Virus record (IMG/VR): IMGVR_UViG_3300025888_000007
Location: 1-35,459 of that record
Reading direction: 5' to 3' (one strand)
Source of the DNA: a virus
Taxonomy: Duplodnaviria > Caudoviricetes
Length of the DNA stretch: 35,459 bases
The notes under the pieces were generated by a model. That model made no database searches and was not told the origin of the DNA. It saw only the letters and a list, made by a program, of their open reading frames with translations. How positions within the stretch are numbered: position 1 is the stretch's first letter; each line of letters opens with the position of its first letter. Below are positions 7,173 to 15,954 of this stretch, in pieces. The position numbers and the translations under genes are program-made.

Positions 7173-8528
7173 TCAATCCTCCTCTTTATCGTCAAACGGC
7201 AGAAACCGTCTGATTTGTTTCCACAGCCCCATAATAAGATACCGGCTGCCGTCACATGCGTGATCTGACTCTTTAACCGGTTGTTCTGTGCCTCTCTCAA
7301 TTGACTTCTTGTCATATGAGTACAGCCCCATTTCCTTGACCAGTTCCGGCTGCTCCCAAAATGTCAGCACCCCGAATGTCAAACACTTCTGTACCCGTGA
7401 TATCCCTAAAGCAACCCCGTTCTGTGCATCTCTAATAATGACTCGAGGAATAGCCCGTTTGATTTCTTCTGCCAATCCTTTTGCCGAAGGATCAATAAAC
7501 GCGTATCGAACGATACAATCATAGGTGGATTCGATTCTCTCAACGAAAGCAACAAAGTCTTTTGCGTACTGAGACGGGCTTCGCTGATGTCCGCTAAGTT
7601 TTCCCGAATGATAATATTCACCAATTCCACCCACTTTCTTTAATGACGTCCATAAGCCGAATGCCTCAAAGGTTGTCGCGTTCATTTGTCCGTAATCAAT
7701 GCCAATGCCGACAGTGTCCGGAGATATCGGATTGTTGCGCTCATCTGTCGGAGGCTGTTTGATGTGAATGTTCTTGTCGAACATGTAATAGATCAATTCA
7801 TCGATGCCGATACAAAAGCCCAGCCAGAGCCAGTTATACAGTTTCGGGTCCGATATCTTGAGTTGGTCAGCGGATTCGATTGACTTCCTGCCAACCCATT
7901 CCTGCGGACCGTCTCGATAGTCTGTGTGCGTGACTCTACAGTCAGGACGCTTTTCCATCTTTTCGAGCCACTTCATGACAGGCGCGTTCGGGTTCTTTGG
8001 AGGGTTGAACTTATAGAGCATCTGGAATATTCCGTTGTTTCCTCTGGAAAAAGTCGCCTCTATGTTGAGTAGTTCGTCCTCGCCCTCTCCCCTGTCAAAA
8101 AACTCATTCACTTCGTCGATGTCAACATATTTGATCGGCTTGGTATCATCAATCATTCCTTTGGTATCATCAAGCGAGTCATTGCCTGTAAAGTATATTG
8201 TGTTCCCGTTCGGCAGATAGGTTATCTGCATCGGTGATACGGTAATCTTAAAGTCATCTAAGGGCAGACACAATATCCGTATTGCCCTCAAAACTTCTTT
8301 GTAGACCGTCTTATGTAGCTTGTTGTGAAACTTGCGGATAACTACTATCGAACAATCATCATCAGCAATAATGTCAAACACATCTCTTATCGCGGTAAAG
8401 GACGATTTGAACCCGATTCTCCCAGACTTCATGATCTCGTGCGTTCTTGAACGATCTTTGAATACTGGTCTTAGTTTCGGGATGATGTTATCTTTCAGAC
8501 TGACAACGACCTCTGTTTCATATTCCAT
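7173..8528 (-). CDS. terL: Terminase large subunit (PBSX/Terminase_3 type)
   Basis: Walker A-like GRIGFKSS, Walker B IDEVNE, FNPP, nuclease motifs GIDYG, IDPSA and DHACDGSRY. Start trimmed to ATG 8528. Confidence 0.93.
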   Translation of the reverse strand: MEYETEVVVSLKDNIIPKLRPVFKDRSRTHEIMKSGRIGFKSSFTAIRDVFDIIADDDCSIVVIRKFHNKLHKTVYKEVLRAIRILCLPLDDFKITVSPMQITYLPNGNTIYFTGNDSLDDTKGMIDDTKPIKYVDIDEVNEFFDRGEGEDELLNIEATFSRGNNGIFQMLYKFNPPKNPNAPVMKWLEKMEKRPDCRVTHTDYRDGPQEWVGRKSIESADQLKISDPKLYNWLWLGFCIGIDELIYYMFDKNIHIKQPPTDERNNPISPDTVGIGIDYGQMNATTFEAFGLWTSLKKVGGIGEYYHSGKLSGHQRSPSQYAKDFVAFVERIESTYDCIVRYAFIDPSAKGLAEEIKRAIPRVIIRDAQNGVALGISRVQKCLTFGVLTFWEQPELVKEMGLYSYDKKSIERGTEQPVKESDHACDGSRYLIMGLWKQIRRFLPFDDKEED

Positions 8529-8533
8529 AATTA

Positions 8534-9010
8534 TCAGCTCATTCCCCGTGATGCCTCCTTGAAAAATACAAGGAATTGCGTCTTGCTTCTCTTTTGGCCA
8601 AACAGCGGCTTGTAAGGAATCGCGTTCAATATTTCCGGCAATGATATTTGTTCCTCGTTCCACTTAAACACAAGCGTTCCGTTTGGCTTGAGCACTCTCA
8701 TACACTCAGAAAATCCCTTTGAAATGTCGGATTTCCAGTCATCGCTTAGAATTCCGTATTTCTTGGCCAACCACGATTCTTTCCCTGCGTGCCGCAAGTG
8801 TGGAGGATCAAAGACAACCAAGTAAAATGATTCGTCTTGAAATGGCATTTCCCGAAAGTCTGCTATTACATCGGGATTTACTTCAAGGGTTCTTCCGTCA
8901 CACAACGTATCTTCGAATTTTCGATTGTCTGCAAATACCGCAATCGGACTATGCTTGTCGAACCAAAACATTCTACTGCCACAACACGCGTCCAATACCT
9001 TAGCGTCCAT
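8534..9010 (-). CDS. Small SAM-dependent (probably DNA amino-) methyltransferase
   Basis: LDACCGSRMFWF (SAM-binding), VVFDPPH (catalytic) and EC-RVLKPNG-L-FKW. Start at 9010 after GGAGG. Confidence 0.85.
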   Translation of the reverse strand: MDAKVLDACCGSRMFWFDKHSPIAVFADNRKFEDTLCDGRTLEVNPDVIADFREMPFQDESFYLVVFDPPHLRHAGKESWLAKKYGILSDDWKSDISKGFSECMRVLKPNGTLVFKWNEEQISLPEILNAIPYKPLFGQKRSKTQFLVFFKEASRGMS

Positions 9011-9030
9011 AGCTTTTGCTCCCTCCATTT

Positions 9031-9816
9031 TCATATGTCATACTTGATCACTGTCCTTCTGTTCTGAGACGGTTCAGCAAGTGACTTCGTTGATGCTCTT
9101 ATTTGAGCTATCTTCGCGGCTTGTTCCTCTGTAGCCATGTTCATATGCTCTGTGAGCCAGTCTAAGGCTTTCATGCGGTCAGACAGTTTAATAGATGCGC
9201 CGTCCTTGCCTTGCTTGACTTCGGACAGGATAGAGCCGTCTACGTTGCCGGATTCATGGAAGCTGACCATATTGACGATCTTCATAACGGGCAGTTTGAT
9301 TTCTTCGCCCGTTCGTGGGTCTGTTGCCTTTTCGTATATCGGACCGAATGCGCCCATTGCCTGTACTTCTTGCTGTCCCCATGATAGGTAGTCAGCGATG
9401 TCAGCAAAGGCAATGTCCATGTACTTCTGAAAGATATCTTCGGGCTTGAGAATGGATTGAGAATACCGCATTGCCTTGAGCTTCATGATTTCGTCTCGGA
9501 CTATAGGATTTCCAAGTAATTCAGGACCGTTGGCAAGGGCGGTCGTATATGCGCACTCGTAAGCCTTTTGATAACTCTTTGTTGCATTGAATGACTTGCT
9601 GTAATGTAAGCAAAATAATTGTTGCTTCGGATTCAGTCCCGTATTTGATAGAACGCTCTGAATCGCTATAGCATCTTTAGAACGTTTTGGCGTTCCAGCG
9701 TTCCAACGTTCCTTACACTTCCACCCTCTGATCGTTCCCTGTGGTTTATTTAGCTTTGCGGCGATATCGGCAAGCGACATGCCAGATAGATATAACGCTC
9801 TTGCTTCTTCATGCAT
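9031..9816 (-). CDS. terS: Terminase small subunit with N-terminal HTH
   Basis: A--LY--G--L--IA-KL----TIR-WK----W HTH, then L--KQ--FC--Y----NAT--Y--AY and C-terminal IKL-DRMKAL. Start trimmed to 9816. Confidence 0.88.
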   Translation of the reverse strand: MHEEARALYLSGMSLADIAAKLNKPQGTIRGWKCKERWNAGTPKRSKDAIAIQSVLSNTGLNPKQQLFCLHYSKSFNATKSYQKAYECAYTTALANGPELLGNPIVRDEIMKLKAMRYSQSILKPEDIFQKYMDIAFADIADYLSWGQQEVQAMGAFGPIYEKATDPRTGEEIKLPVMKIVNMVSFHESGNVDGSILSEVKQGKDGASIKLSDRMKALDWLTEHMNMATEEQAAKIAQIRASTKSLAEPSQNRRTVIKYDI

Positions 9817-9961
9817 ATCACTCACCTTTCTCTCTTTCTGCGTTTCCCCGAAGGGACACCGATAGTTTCCAGCGTCGGTATAAGCACACGAAGTTTTTAT
9901 CGAGGTTATCGGATCCTCTTGTGGCTCACGGACAGGAGGGATGTCCAATCGCGAGCGTGTT

Positions 9962-10020
9962 ATGCCGTATCACGGACTCGAACCGCACCGAGGTTCATAT
10001 CGGCCTACCCTTTACGGCAT
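9962..10020 (-). ncRNA. tRNA-like three-way-junction element (T-arm present, D-arm absent)
   Basis: Closing stem ATGCCGTA/TACGGCAT, hairpin GCCGA-N8-TCGGT, and T-arm GCGG-TTCGAGT-CCGT, in non-coding DNA before terS. Confidence 0.45.
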
Positions 10021-10030
10021 GTGTCGACAT

Positions 10031-10060
10031 AGAAAGAGCGCCCCTTTCGGAAACGCTCTC
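10031..10060 (-). terminator. Terminator-like hairpin after the late activator gene
   Basis: GAGAGCGTTTCC-GAAA-GGGGCGCTCT-TTCT. Confidence 0.65.
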
Positions 10061-10081
10061 GATGCATCTACAAATTACATT

Positions 10082-10576
10082 TTAATTGACTTCGGGTGGG
10101 CAAAGGTGGGCATAATTTTCTACTATGATTGCTATGCCCTTTCTTACGTGCCGGTGAGCGCAGTCCTCACCCAGATATAGCTTCCTCTCCGTCTCGGCAT
10201 TGGTCAGCCCGTCATAGAACCGAGCGATGATAGTTTTCTGTAGCATAGCCGGTAAAGAAAACACTTGCGCATCAAGCCATTCAATTTCGGATTCCTTGCC
10301 GTCCAGGATTGCATTGAGCTTTGTCATGTCATATCTTTGCTTTGATCGCTCGATATGCAGCCTGTCCAGAATGTTGATTACCACATCGCTCGCTCCGTCC
10401 GTCTGCACTGCGTCTCTGTCGTATGCGACCGCTGGTAAGCAAATTGCTTCAATGATCTCTTTGTCGGTCTCTAAGACGATCCTGCGGGCTTTCTGGATGT
10501 TTGTAATCGTTAGGCGACGTTCTTCCAACAGGTTCCGAATGTATGCCGCGTTGAATAGCGTTTCTGCGTCGGTCAT
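10082..10576 (-). CDS. Late transcriptional activator (ArpU/RinA-like, sigma-region-4-like HTH)
   Basis: Last early gene before terS, with C-terminal LP----II-ARF-DGLT--E----L-L------R----GI. Confidence 0.7.
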   Translation of the reverse strand: MTDAETLFNAAYIRNLLEERRLTITNIQKARRIVLETDKEIIEAICLPAVAYDRDAVQTDGASDVVINILDRLHIERSKQRYDMTKLNAILDGKESEIEWLDAQVFSLPAMLQKTIIARFYDGLTNAETERKLYLGEDCAHRHVRKGIAIIVENYAHLCPPEVN

Positions 10577-10698
10577 TTCTTATACCCCCTGCAAATCATT
10601 TTTACGATCTTCTCGCATAGCCTCCAGACAAAACCAGTCTTGAAAGCTTTTTTGGAATCCTCAACCGCGTTTCCAAATCTTTCGAAATCGCTCACCAT
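10573..10698 (-). CDS. Small hypothetical protein (41 aa)
   Basis: Manual ORF MVSDFERFGNAVEDSKK..., overlapping both neighbours. Confidence 0.45.
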   Translation of the reverse strand: MVSDFERFGNAVEDSKKAFKTGFVWRLCEKIVKMICRGYKK

Positions 10699-10955
10699 AA
10701 TCCGTCCATCCCCTTTTCCCATATTCCAGCAAAGATGATTTCAAGGTTTTCTTGTGGATATCTTTCCTGATACGCCTTTAGCGTGGCTTTCATCGTCTTT
10801 GTTGCCTGTCTTCCCGTAGCGGAATCTACGTAGAACGTATTCCCTCTTTTGTATTCCTCGACGTCAAACAGCATAATCTTGAACCATGTCATCTTCTTGC
10901 CCTTGTACCGGAATCCGTTTTTGAGGATCTTTGCGGTTTGCTCTTCTCTAGTCAT
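10692..10955 (-). CDS. Hypothetical protein
   Basis: 87-aa ORF with a GAGGT RBS, translationally coupled in the early operon. Confidence 0.65.
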   Translation of the reverse strand: MTREEQTAKILKNGFRYKGKKMTWFKIMLFDVEEYKRGNTFYVDSATGRQATKTMKATLKAYQERYPQENLEIIFAGIWEKGMDGLW

Positions 10956-11350
10956 GGCGTTACCTCGGGCGCGGCAGAAAGCTTACGTCCGCAGTTCGGA
11001 CAGAAGTTGATAATAAACACACTTCTTGCCGGAATTCCTCTCATACAACAATCCGCATATGGAGGGCAAGGATTGCACTCAGTGACAAGGGTATGCGCTT
11101 CTCCAAATGTATTGAGGCCGATCTTTGTTGTGTGAGTGTGTTCCACTTCCAAATTATTACCGTCGCACCATTCACACTTCGCCGTTTCGCGCGGGATTGT
11201 GGCGGATAATTCTTTGATGATCGAATTCCAAAAATCATCCTCTTTCGAATATCCGCACACCCCGTAGCCGTGCGGAGCCATTGATTCCATAAATCTTTTG
11301 GTGTCGTCTAACTGTTTCTGTGCAAATGCAATAATCTCATTTGTATTCAT
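10952..11350 (-). CDS. Hypothetical protein with C-terminal zinc ribbon
   Basis: CEWC ... INFCPNCGRKL; GGAGG RBS. Confidence 0.7.
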   Translation of the reverse strand: MNTNEIIAFAQKQLDDTKRFMESMAPHGYGVCGYSKEDDFWNSIIKELSATIPRETAKCEWCDGNNLEVEHTHTTKIGLNTFGEAHTLVTECNPCPPYADCCMRGIPARSVFIINFCPNCGRKLSAAPEVTP

Positions 11351-11362
11351 CGTGGTTCCTCC

Positions 11363-11533
11363 CTACTTACAACTGACGCAGTAGTGTAAAAATTCTCCGT
11401 CAACCTTTGCCGTGCGCCATTCTTCTTCTTTGATCTTTTCAAGTGCTTCGCCGAATGATTCCATTCCTCCGATTTCTTCCGTGCAACTGTCGCAGACGAT
11501 TGAGTATTTACCGTATTCTTTAACGATGCTCAT
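11363..11533 (-). CDS. Small zinc-binding protein (56 aa)
   Basis: Manual ORF MSIVKEYGKYSIVCDSC...HYCVSCK with an ATGA overlap. Confidence 0.65.
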   Translation of the reverse strand: MSIVKEYGKYSIVCDSCTEEIGGMESFGEALEKIKEEEWRTAKVDGEFLHYCVSCK

Positions 11534-11850
11534 ACCTGCTTGCCCTCCAAAATCTCAAGAATCCTCTGATATGCTCTGCACCTTGACATTATGCTAGGTG
11601 CTTCTGTGCCAAGAGAGTCTTTATGTATTCCCTCTAGCGACTTAATACAATCCTTGCACTCAGCTATCGCCGCTTCGTTTCGCTTTATGGCGGTGATGGC
11701 AAGTGAATCTCTGTAGATAAACTTTTGCAAATAATCGTAGTATTCTTCGTCTGGTCTATGAAAACCTACCTTTGGTACTTCGATTCTGTCGCGATTCGCC
11801 TTAATGTCTTTTTCAAAGGATTCAATCGCCCTTTTAGATTCTTCGCTCAT
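11530..11850 (-). CDS. Hypothetical protein
   Basis: 106-aa ORF with an AAAGGTGG RBS. Confidence 0.65.
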   Translation of the reverse strand: MSEESKRAIESFEKDIKANRDRIEVPKVGFHRPDEEYYDYLQKFIYRDSLAITAIKRNEAAIAECKDCIKSLEGIHKDSLGTEAPSIMSRCRAYQRILEILEGKQV

Positions 11851-11865
11851 TGTTCGCCACCTTTC

Positions 11866-12345
11866 TTAATCCAAACCGTACATTGAATTTTTAGGACAAA
11901 TCTTGCACTGTTCAATCGGTTCATCATCTCCGTCGTTGTAACCATATCCCGTACATTTACCGCCCTGTTTTTCGGCTTTTGAACAATCGACGGTATGTTT
12001 AATGGGTTCCGCGTACAGCATTGATCGGACTGCAATTAAATCATCGGATGCTCTTTGCAATTCTTGTTTTGATATGATGTTTCCCAATTTTCTTTTGTTA
12101 CGTTGATACTCTGAATTCGCCCCGGTTACCGCATTGTCCATTATTCTTTCAAGCGCCTCCCTCTCTGCCTCGCTGAATCGGGGCTGTAGGGTGTTCCATG
12201 CTTTAATTTCCTCTATGGCGTTCTCAAAATATTTTGTACGGAAGACGGTATTTCCCACTCCCAACAATTCAAACTCAACTTGATCGTGCTTTTCGAACAT
12301 CTCGATTAGTTTTTCAACCGTTCCGCAATTCTTCAATTCACTCAT
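11866..12345 (-). CDS. Hypothetical protein (Cys-rich C-terminus)
   Basis: Probable start MSELKNC at 12345 after GAGGAG. Contains an A---WN motif seen in Lar-like phage proteins. Confidence 0.6.
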   Translation of the reverse strand: MSELKNCGTVEKLIEMFEKHDQVEFELLGVGNTVFRTKYFENAIEEIKAWNTLQPRFSEAEREALERIMDNAVTGANSEYQRNKRKLGNIISKQELQRASDDLIAVRSMLYAEPIKHTVDCSKAEKQGGKCTGYGYNDGDDEPIEQCKICPKNSMYGLD

Positions 12346-12355
12346 GTCTTCTCCT

Positions 12356-12493
12356 CTACCCATACCGCCTGCCGTCAATCTCCGGACGCAGCATTTCCCT
12401 TAGTTTTTTCGTTATGTCCGATTCCGGAGCGATTTTATTTTCTTTGATTTCTTCGGACCGTGACAGCTTTTTAATTGCTTGTTCAAGGCTCAT
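12356..12493 (-). CDS. Small hypothetical protein (45 aa)
   Basis: Manual ORF MSLEQAIKKLSRSEE... with an ATGA overlap. Confidence 0.5.
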   Translation of the reverse strand: MSLEQAIKKLSRSEEIKENKIAPESDITKKLREMLRPEIDGRRYG

Positions 12494-12861
12494 TTGATCA
12501 CCCTCAATTCCATATCTGGATATTCATCCTTCCAGAGCCTAAGTTTTAGCGAAAATTCTTTTGTGCGTACTCCCTTGCTGTCCTCTACCCACGGGATCCC
12601 GTCGAGCCCCCAAGCGATAAAGTCCGGTCTGTACCGGATGCCACTCTCAAACAAAAACGATGGCTGCCGCTTAAATGACTTGATCTGACCGGCCTTTAGC
12701 AATAGCTTCAACTCTCCATACCGCTTTGCCTCTAACTTGCTGTCGAACTCAATTCCATCGCAAGTTGTTTTGATGTTGTGATACTTAGTGACAGCATCAG
12801 GCTTATTTGCAGATATACCTACCTCTTTGCGGTAGTCGGCCATGCTCATATGCTCGCTCAC
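12490..12861 (-). CDS. DUF1064-family PD-(D/E)xK endonuclease (possible resolvase)
   Basis: KY-N-KT--DGI-FDSK-EA-RY-EL, QP-F, Y-PDF, VED-KG--T. Confidence 0.85.
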   Translation of the reverse strand: MSEHMSMADYRKEVGISANKPDAVTKYHNIKTTCDGIEFDSKLEAKRYGELKLLLKAGQIKSFKRQPSFLFESGIRYRPDFIAWGLDGIPWVEDSKGVRTKEFSLKLRLWKDEYPDMELRVIK

Positions 12862-12959
12862 AATGTACCCTGCCTTTCTGGTATCTTGTCGCCGTAATTA
12901 CAATATTCGCATAGACTATTCCCTGCTCCGTTATAGGGACAACTATCACAGTAATTCAT
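12858..12959 (-). CDS. Small Cys-rich protein (33 aa)
   Basis: Manual ORF MNYCDSCPYNGAGNSLCEYCNYG..., overlapping both neighbours by 4 nt. Confidence 0.5.
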   Translation of the reverse strand: MNYCDSCPYNGAGNSLCEYCNYGDKIPERQGTL

Positions 12960-13246
12960 CCAATCCACCTAACCCCTTGTGACCCCGCAGGAACCTCTTT
13001 GTATTGCCCGCAGGCTTGTTGTTTGAGTTTTATGTCGGTTGCCGTGCTATGACTCAATCTCCACAATTCGCATTTATAAAAATTCTTTCCGTGATAGTCA
13101 ATAGGGCAAAGATGCGAACATGTTTTACATCTCTTTCCCTCTGGCGCGGATCCGTGAAGCTGAATCATTGTCGCAAATTTACTTCTCCCAACCTGTGGCG
13201 GTTCCGGCTCAAAGGTGTAACCATCAATAAATGATTGCTGTTCCAT
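12956..13246 (-). CDS. Hypothetical Cys-rich protein
   Basis: CKTC-HL...YKCEL...ACG-Y; GAGGTG RBS. Confidence 0.7.
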   Translation of the reverse strand: MEQQSFIDGYTFEPEPPQVGRSKFATMIQLHGSAPEGKRCKTCSHLCPIDYHGKNFYKCELWRLSHSTATDIKLKQQACGQYKEVPAGSQGVRWIG

Positions 13247-13254
13247 AATTCACC

Positions 13255-13653
13255 TCAAAGATCAAACGGCTCGTTGTCGTCTCCAATTTCAGGATAAAAG
13301 CCCTCTGATGTTGTCGGTTTCGGTGCTGACTGCTCTTTTGCTTTTCCGTTGCAAAACTCAAAACTCTCAACAATCAAGTCTGTCACGAAAACTTTCTTTC
13401 CGTTTGCATCATCGTACGTCCTGACCTGCAAATCTCCCTCGACCATAATCTTGTCGCCCTTTGCAAAGTACTGCGCGATCAGTTCGGCGGTTTTTCTCCA
13501 TGCAGTGCAGGTAAACCAGTCTGTAACCTTTTCGCCGCTTGCATCCTTGAATTTGCGGGTACAGGCAATGTTAAACGAGCAAAACGGTATTTGTGACTGT
13601 GTTGTCTTGAGTTCGATATCTTTCCCAATTGTGCCTATTCCGTAAAATTTCAT
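13255..13653 (-). CDS. ssb: Single-stranded DNA-binding protein
   Basis: G----D-ELK-T, TDWF-C-AW-KTAE-I--YF-KG, VEG-LQ-R-Y and an acidic PF tail. Confidence 0.95.
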   Translation of the reverse strand: MKFYGIGTIGKDIELKTTQSQIPFCSFNIACTRKFKDASGEKVTDWFTCTAWRKTAELIAQYFAKGDKIMVEGDLQVRTYDDANGKKVFVTDLIVESFEFCNGKAKEQSAPKPTTSEGFYPEIGDDNEPFDL

Positions 13654-13665
13654 GATGTTCCTCCT

Positions 13666-13881
13666 TTAGTAATCTGCCGCTGTTCCAATTCTTCCGATTT
13701 CATCCAAATAATCTTTTGTCTCCTGCTTCTTTACGTCTTCCGTAAATCTTGACTTGTCACTACTTCGGTTTGGTCTGTCGATGCAGTCGGCGCATTTCGT
13801 GTATTGCGTGTCTTCTAAAATAAAATAGTGACTTTCCATGCACTTTTCGCATTTTGTTCCCTTTAGCCTGTTATCAATCAT
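13666..13881 (-). CDS. Small zinc-binding hypothetical protein
   Basis: CEKC...CADC; probable start MIDNRL at 13881. Confidence 0.6.
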   Translation of the reverse strand: MIDNRLKGTKCEKCMESHYFILEDTQYTKCADCIDRPNRSSDKSRFTEDVKKQETKDYLDEIGRIGTAADY

Positions 13882-14776
13882 TTCGCCACCCGTAACATAT
13901 TTCCTTTCCGTCGCATGACATTTGTTTTGACGCCAGATCAAAGTACATCCCTATCCAGTCGTCAACTCTGCCTAAGTCCCTGTTTTTTGCTATCTCAATC
14001 ACGTTGTCATATTGAAGTATCGGTTCTTCATCGCTCCACCTAAACAAGGCTTTTGCATTTCTTTTGAAGTCAAAGGTTGTCCGATGAAGCAAAAATACAT
14101 TGTCTGCAGCATTGGTCAAATCTGCGGTACCGGATATGTCGTCTATCCTCAATACTCCTGATACCGTCTTTTTGGGATGAGCAACAAGAACGATGTGTAC
14201 GTTGTTCGCTTTTGCAAAGTTCTTAATTTTCCAGATGAAGTCTTTTTGCTTAGCGTTTTTATTCGTATCATTCCCTCCTATGTCGATACTCATGAGGTTA
14301 TCCAGAATGATTATGTCAACGCCCTTTTTCATGACGTCATTCAGCATGAAAAACAATGTTTCTTCTTCGTTGCCGTAATTGTTGTTATACAGAAATACCT
14401 TTTGTGCCAGCCAGTCTCGCATCATTTCAATGTTTCTTGGATCGATCTCAAACCAATTCTCGTAACTTGTCGGTATTGTATATGTTCTTCCGGCACAGAT
14501 AAGGTATGTCCATTCAAACACTCGATCTTCTTCAAGCTCTCCCGAAAACAACGCAACCTTTCTCCCGTCATGAGCACTCTGTAATGCTAATTGTGTAAGT
14601 ATCGTTGACTTGCCCGCCGACCGGAATCCAGAGAATACAGAAACGTCTTTCTTGTTCAGCCCCATGATCCTTTTATCGATTTCCGTGATGCCAGTTCTCA
14701 TGGATACAATATTGCGCCTGTCTCGGGGCTTGACTGTCCTACTGGTAAACCACCAGTCACCTAAATCCATTCTCAT
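13874..14776 (-). CDS. DnaB-like (SF4) replicative helicase, C-terminal motor domain only
   Basis: TG---ID----G, Walker A GFRSAGKST, FSGEL, IILDNL, LVAHP-K, DISG-ADL-N-ADNV, IAKNR--G. Confidence 0.88.
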   Translation of the reverse strand: MRMDLGDWWFTSRTVKPRDRRNIVSMRTGITEIDKRIMGLNKKDVSVFSGFRSAGKSTILTQLALQSAHDGRKVALFSGELEEDRVFEWTYLICAGRTYTIPTSYENWFEIDPRNIEMMRDWLAQKVFLYNNNYGNEEETLFFMLNDVMKKGVDIIILDNLMSIDIGGNDTNKNAKQKDFIWKIKNFAKANNVHIVLVAHPKKTVSGVLRIDDISGTADLTNAADNVFLLHRTTFDFKRNAKALFRWSDEEPILQYDNVIEIAKNRDLGRVDDWIGMYFDLASKQMSCDGKEICYGWRND

Positions 14777-14800
14777 AATTTATAGCCTCGCCCTTATCTG

Positions 14801-15520
14801 TTAGCCCATTTTATAACTTGATCCTCCCATATACTTTGGACTACACGTTTTCGTCGCGGACTCTCCTCCCCCTGGTATATCATCATTCCAACACTGCCCA
14901 TTTAACCACGATGCCGGATTAGGAACAAACGCACCGCCTTGTTTTGTCCACTGCTCGGAAGCCGAAAACTTCGGAATAGAAGAAAATATTTTATTGTATT
15001 CAGGGGGCTTAATCTTCTTCCACGCTCTTATTGCATCTGGTTTTTTTGCTTTCTTCGGATACACCTTCCAAAATACAGCAAAGGCAAGCTCGCTGGTAGT
15101 TACGGTTGTTTCTGTACCTGTGTTTGTATCTGGTTGTGTATCTGTATCTAATGAATTGACTTTATCGTCGCTTCCATTTGCCGTTTTAGTCAAATGGAGC
15201 TGACTTTTTTGTAAAATGGATATGGCAGAATCAGTAAGAGCATACCAGAGCGTTCTATCATACGAATTTGTGTTGAAATTTCCTGTTAAAATCAACCCTT
15301 TTGACCTGAGACTTTCAATTGTTGTTCGTATTTTTCGATCTGTCATATATGGGAATAATTCAGCAAATGCCTTTGCCCCGTTATATGTCCAGTATCTTCC
15401 GTCGTGAATATTTGCCTTGTTTGCCTTGTTTTTAGCGATCCAAAACTCGAAGTGGTTGATAAGTATAGCTTCTTCTATTCCATATTCTGTAGCAAAATCA
15501 ACATCAAATGAGTGGTTCAT
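14801..15520 (-). CDS. Replication initiator / replisome organiser
   Basis: N-terminal winged helix (A--YG--EAI...W---N...DGR-WTYN...DRT-WY), low-complexity linker, and C-terminal F--FW--YPKK--K--A---W...P-PA-WLN---W-D. Confidence 0.85.
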   Translation of the reverse strand: MNHSFDVDFATEYGIEEAILINHFEFWIAKNKANKANIHDGRYWTYNGAKAFAELFPYMTDRKIRTTIESLRSKGLILTGNFNTNSYDRTLWYALTDSAISILQKSQLHLTKTANGSDDKVNSLDTDTQPDTNTGTETTVTTSELAFAVFWKVYPKKAKKPDAIRAWKKIKPPEYNKIFSSIPKFSASEQWTKQGGAFVPNPASWLNGQCWNDDIPGGGESATKTCSPKYMGGSSYKMG

Positions 15521-15526
15521 CTTTAT

Positions 15527-15682
15527 TCACCCTTTCAGAAATCTTTCAATTTCAGTTTCTTCATACCGGACAATGGTATCGCCCATCTTAATCCGCTTGA
15601 TCTTGCCTTTTCTTTCCCAGTTCGCAAGCGTCCATCTGGTAATCTGTAATTTCTGACATACCTGTTTAACCGTCAAAAGCAT
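15527..15682 (-). CDS. Excisionase/MerR-like small HTH protein (51 aa)
   Basis: Manual ORF MLLTVKQVCQKLQITRWTLANWERKGKIKRIKMGDTIVRYEETEIERFLKG with a GGGAGTG RBS; HTH_17 pattern. Confidence 0.8.
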   Translation of the reverse strand: MLLTVKQVCQKLQITRWTLANWERKGKIKRIKMGDTIVRYEETEIERFLKG

Positions 15683-15694
15683 AATGTCACTCCC

Positions 15695-15883
15695 TTATCT
15701 TTCCGGATTGGTCACCCAATTATCATAGCTTCTTTTCTCTCGTCGGATTCTAGGCTCTAGTTCGTTTTCGATCTTGAATCTTGCTGAATCATACTTTTCT
15801 CGCCAAACGTTAACGTCTTCTTTCAGTTCTTCGTTTTCTCGTCTTAGCTTTCTATTCTCATAGAGCAATTCATCAACGTCCAT
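15695..15883 (-). CDS. Small coiled-coil hypothetical protein
   Basis: 62 aa with an AAAGGGG RBS. Confidence 0.65.
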   Translation of the reverse strand: MDVDELLYENRKLRRENEELKEDVNVWREKYDSARFKIENELEPRIRREKRSYDNWVTNPER

Positions 15884-15954
15884 AATCTGCCCCCTTTCCT
15901 CACATAATACTACATCATTCCACGGAAATCACTATTTATTTTATTACGTTCTCA

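Noticed and set aside
9835-9960. Self-cleaving ribozyme in the terS leader
   Set aside because: No hammerhead CUGANGA core or other recognisable ribozyme consensus was found by eye.
15527-15682. Xis-like gene as evidence of lysogeny
   Set aside because: Such HTH genes commonly precede replication initiators, and no integrase or att site was found.
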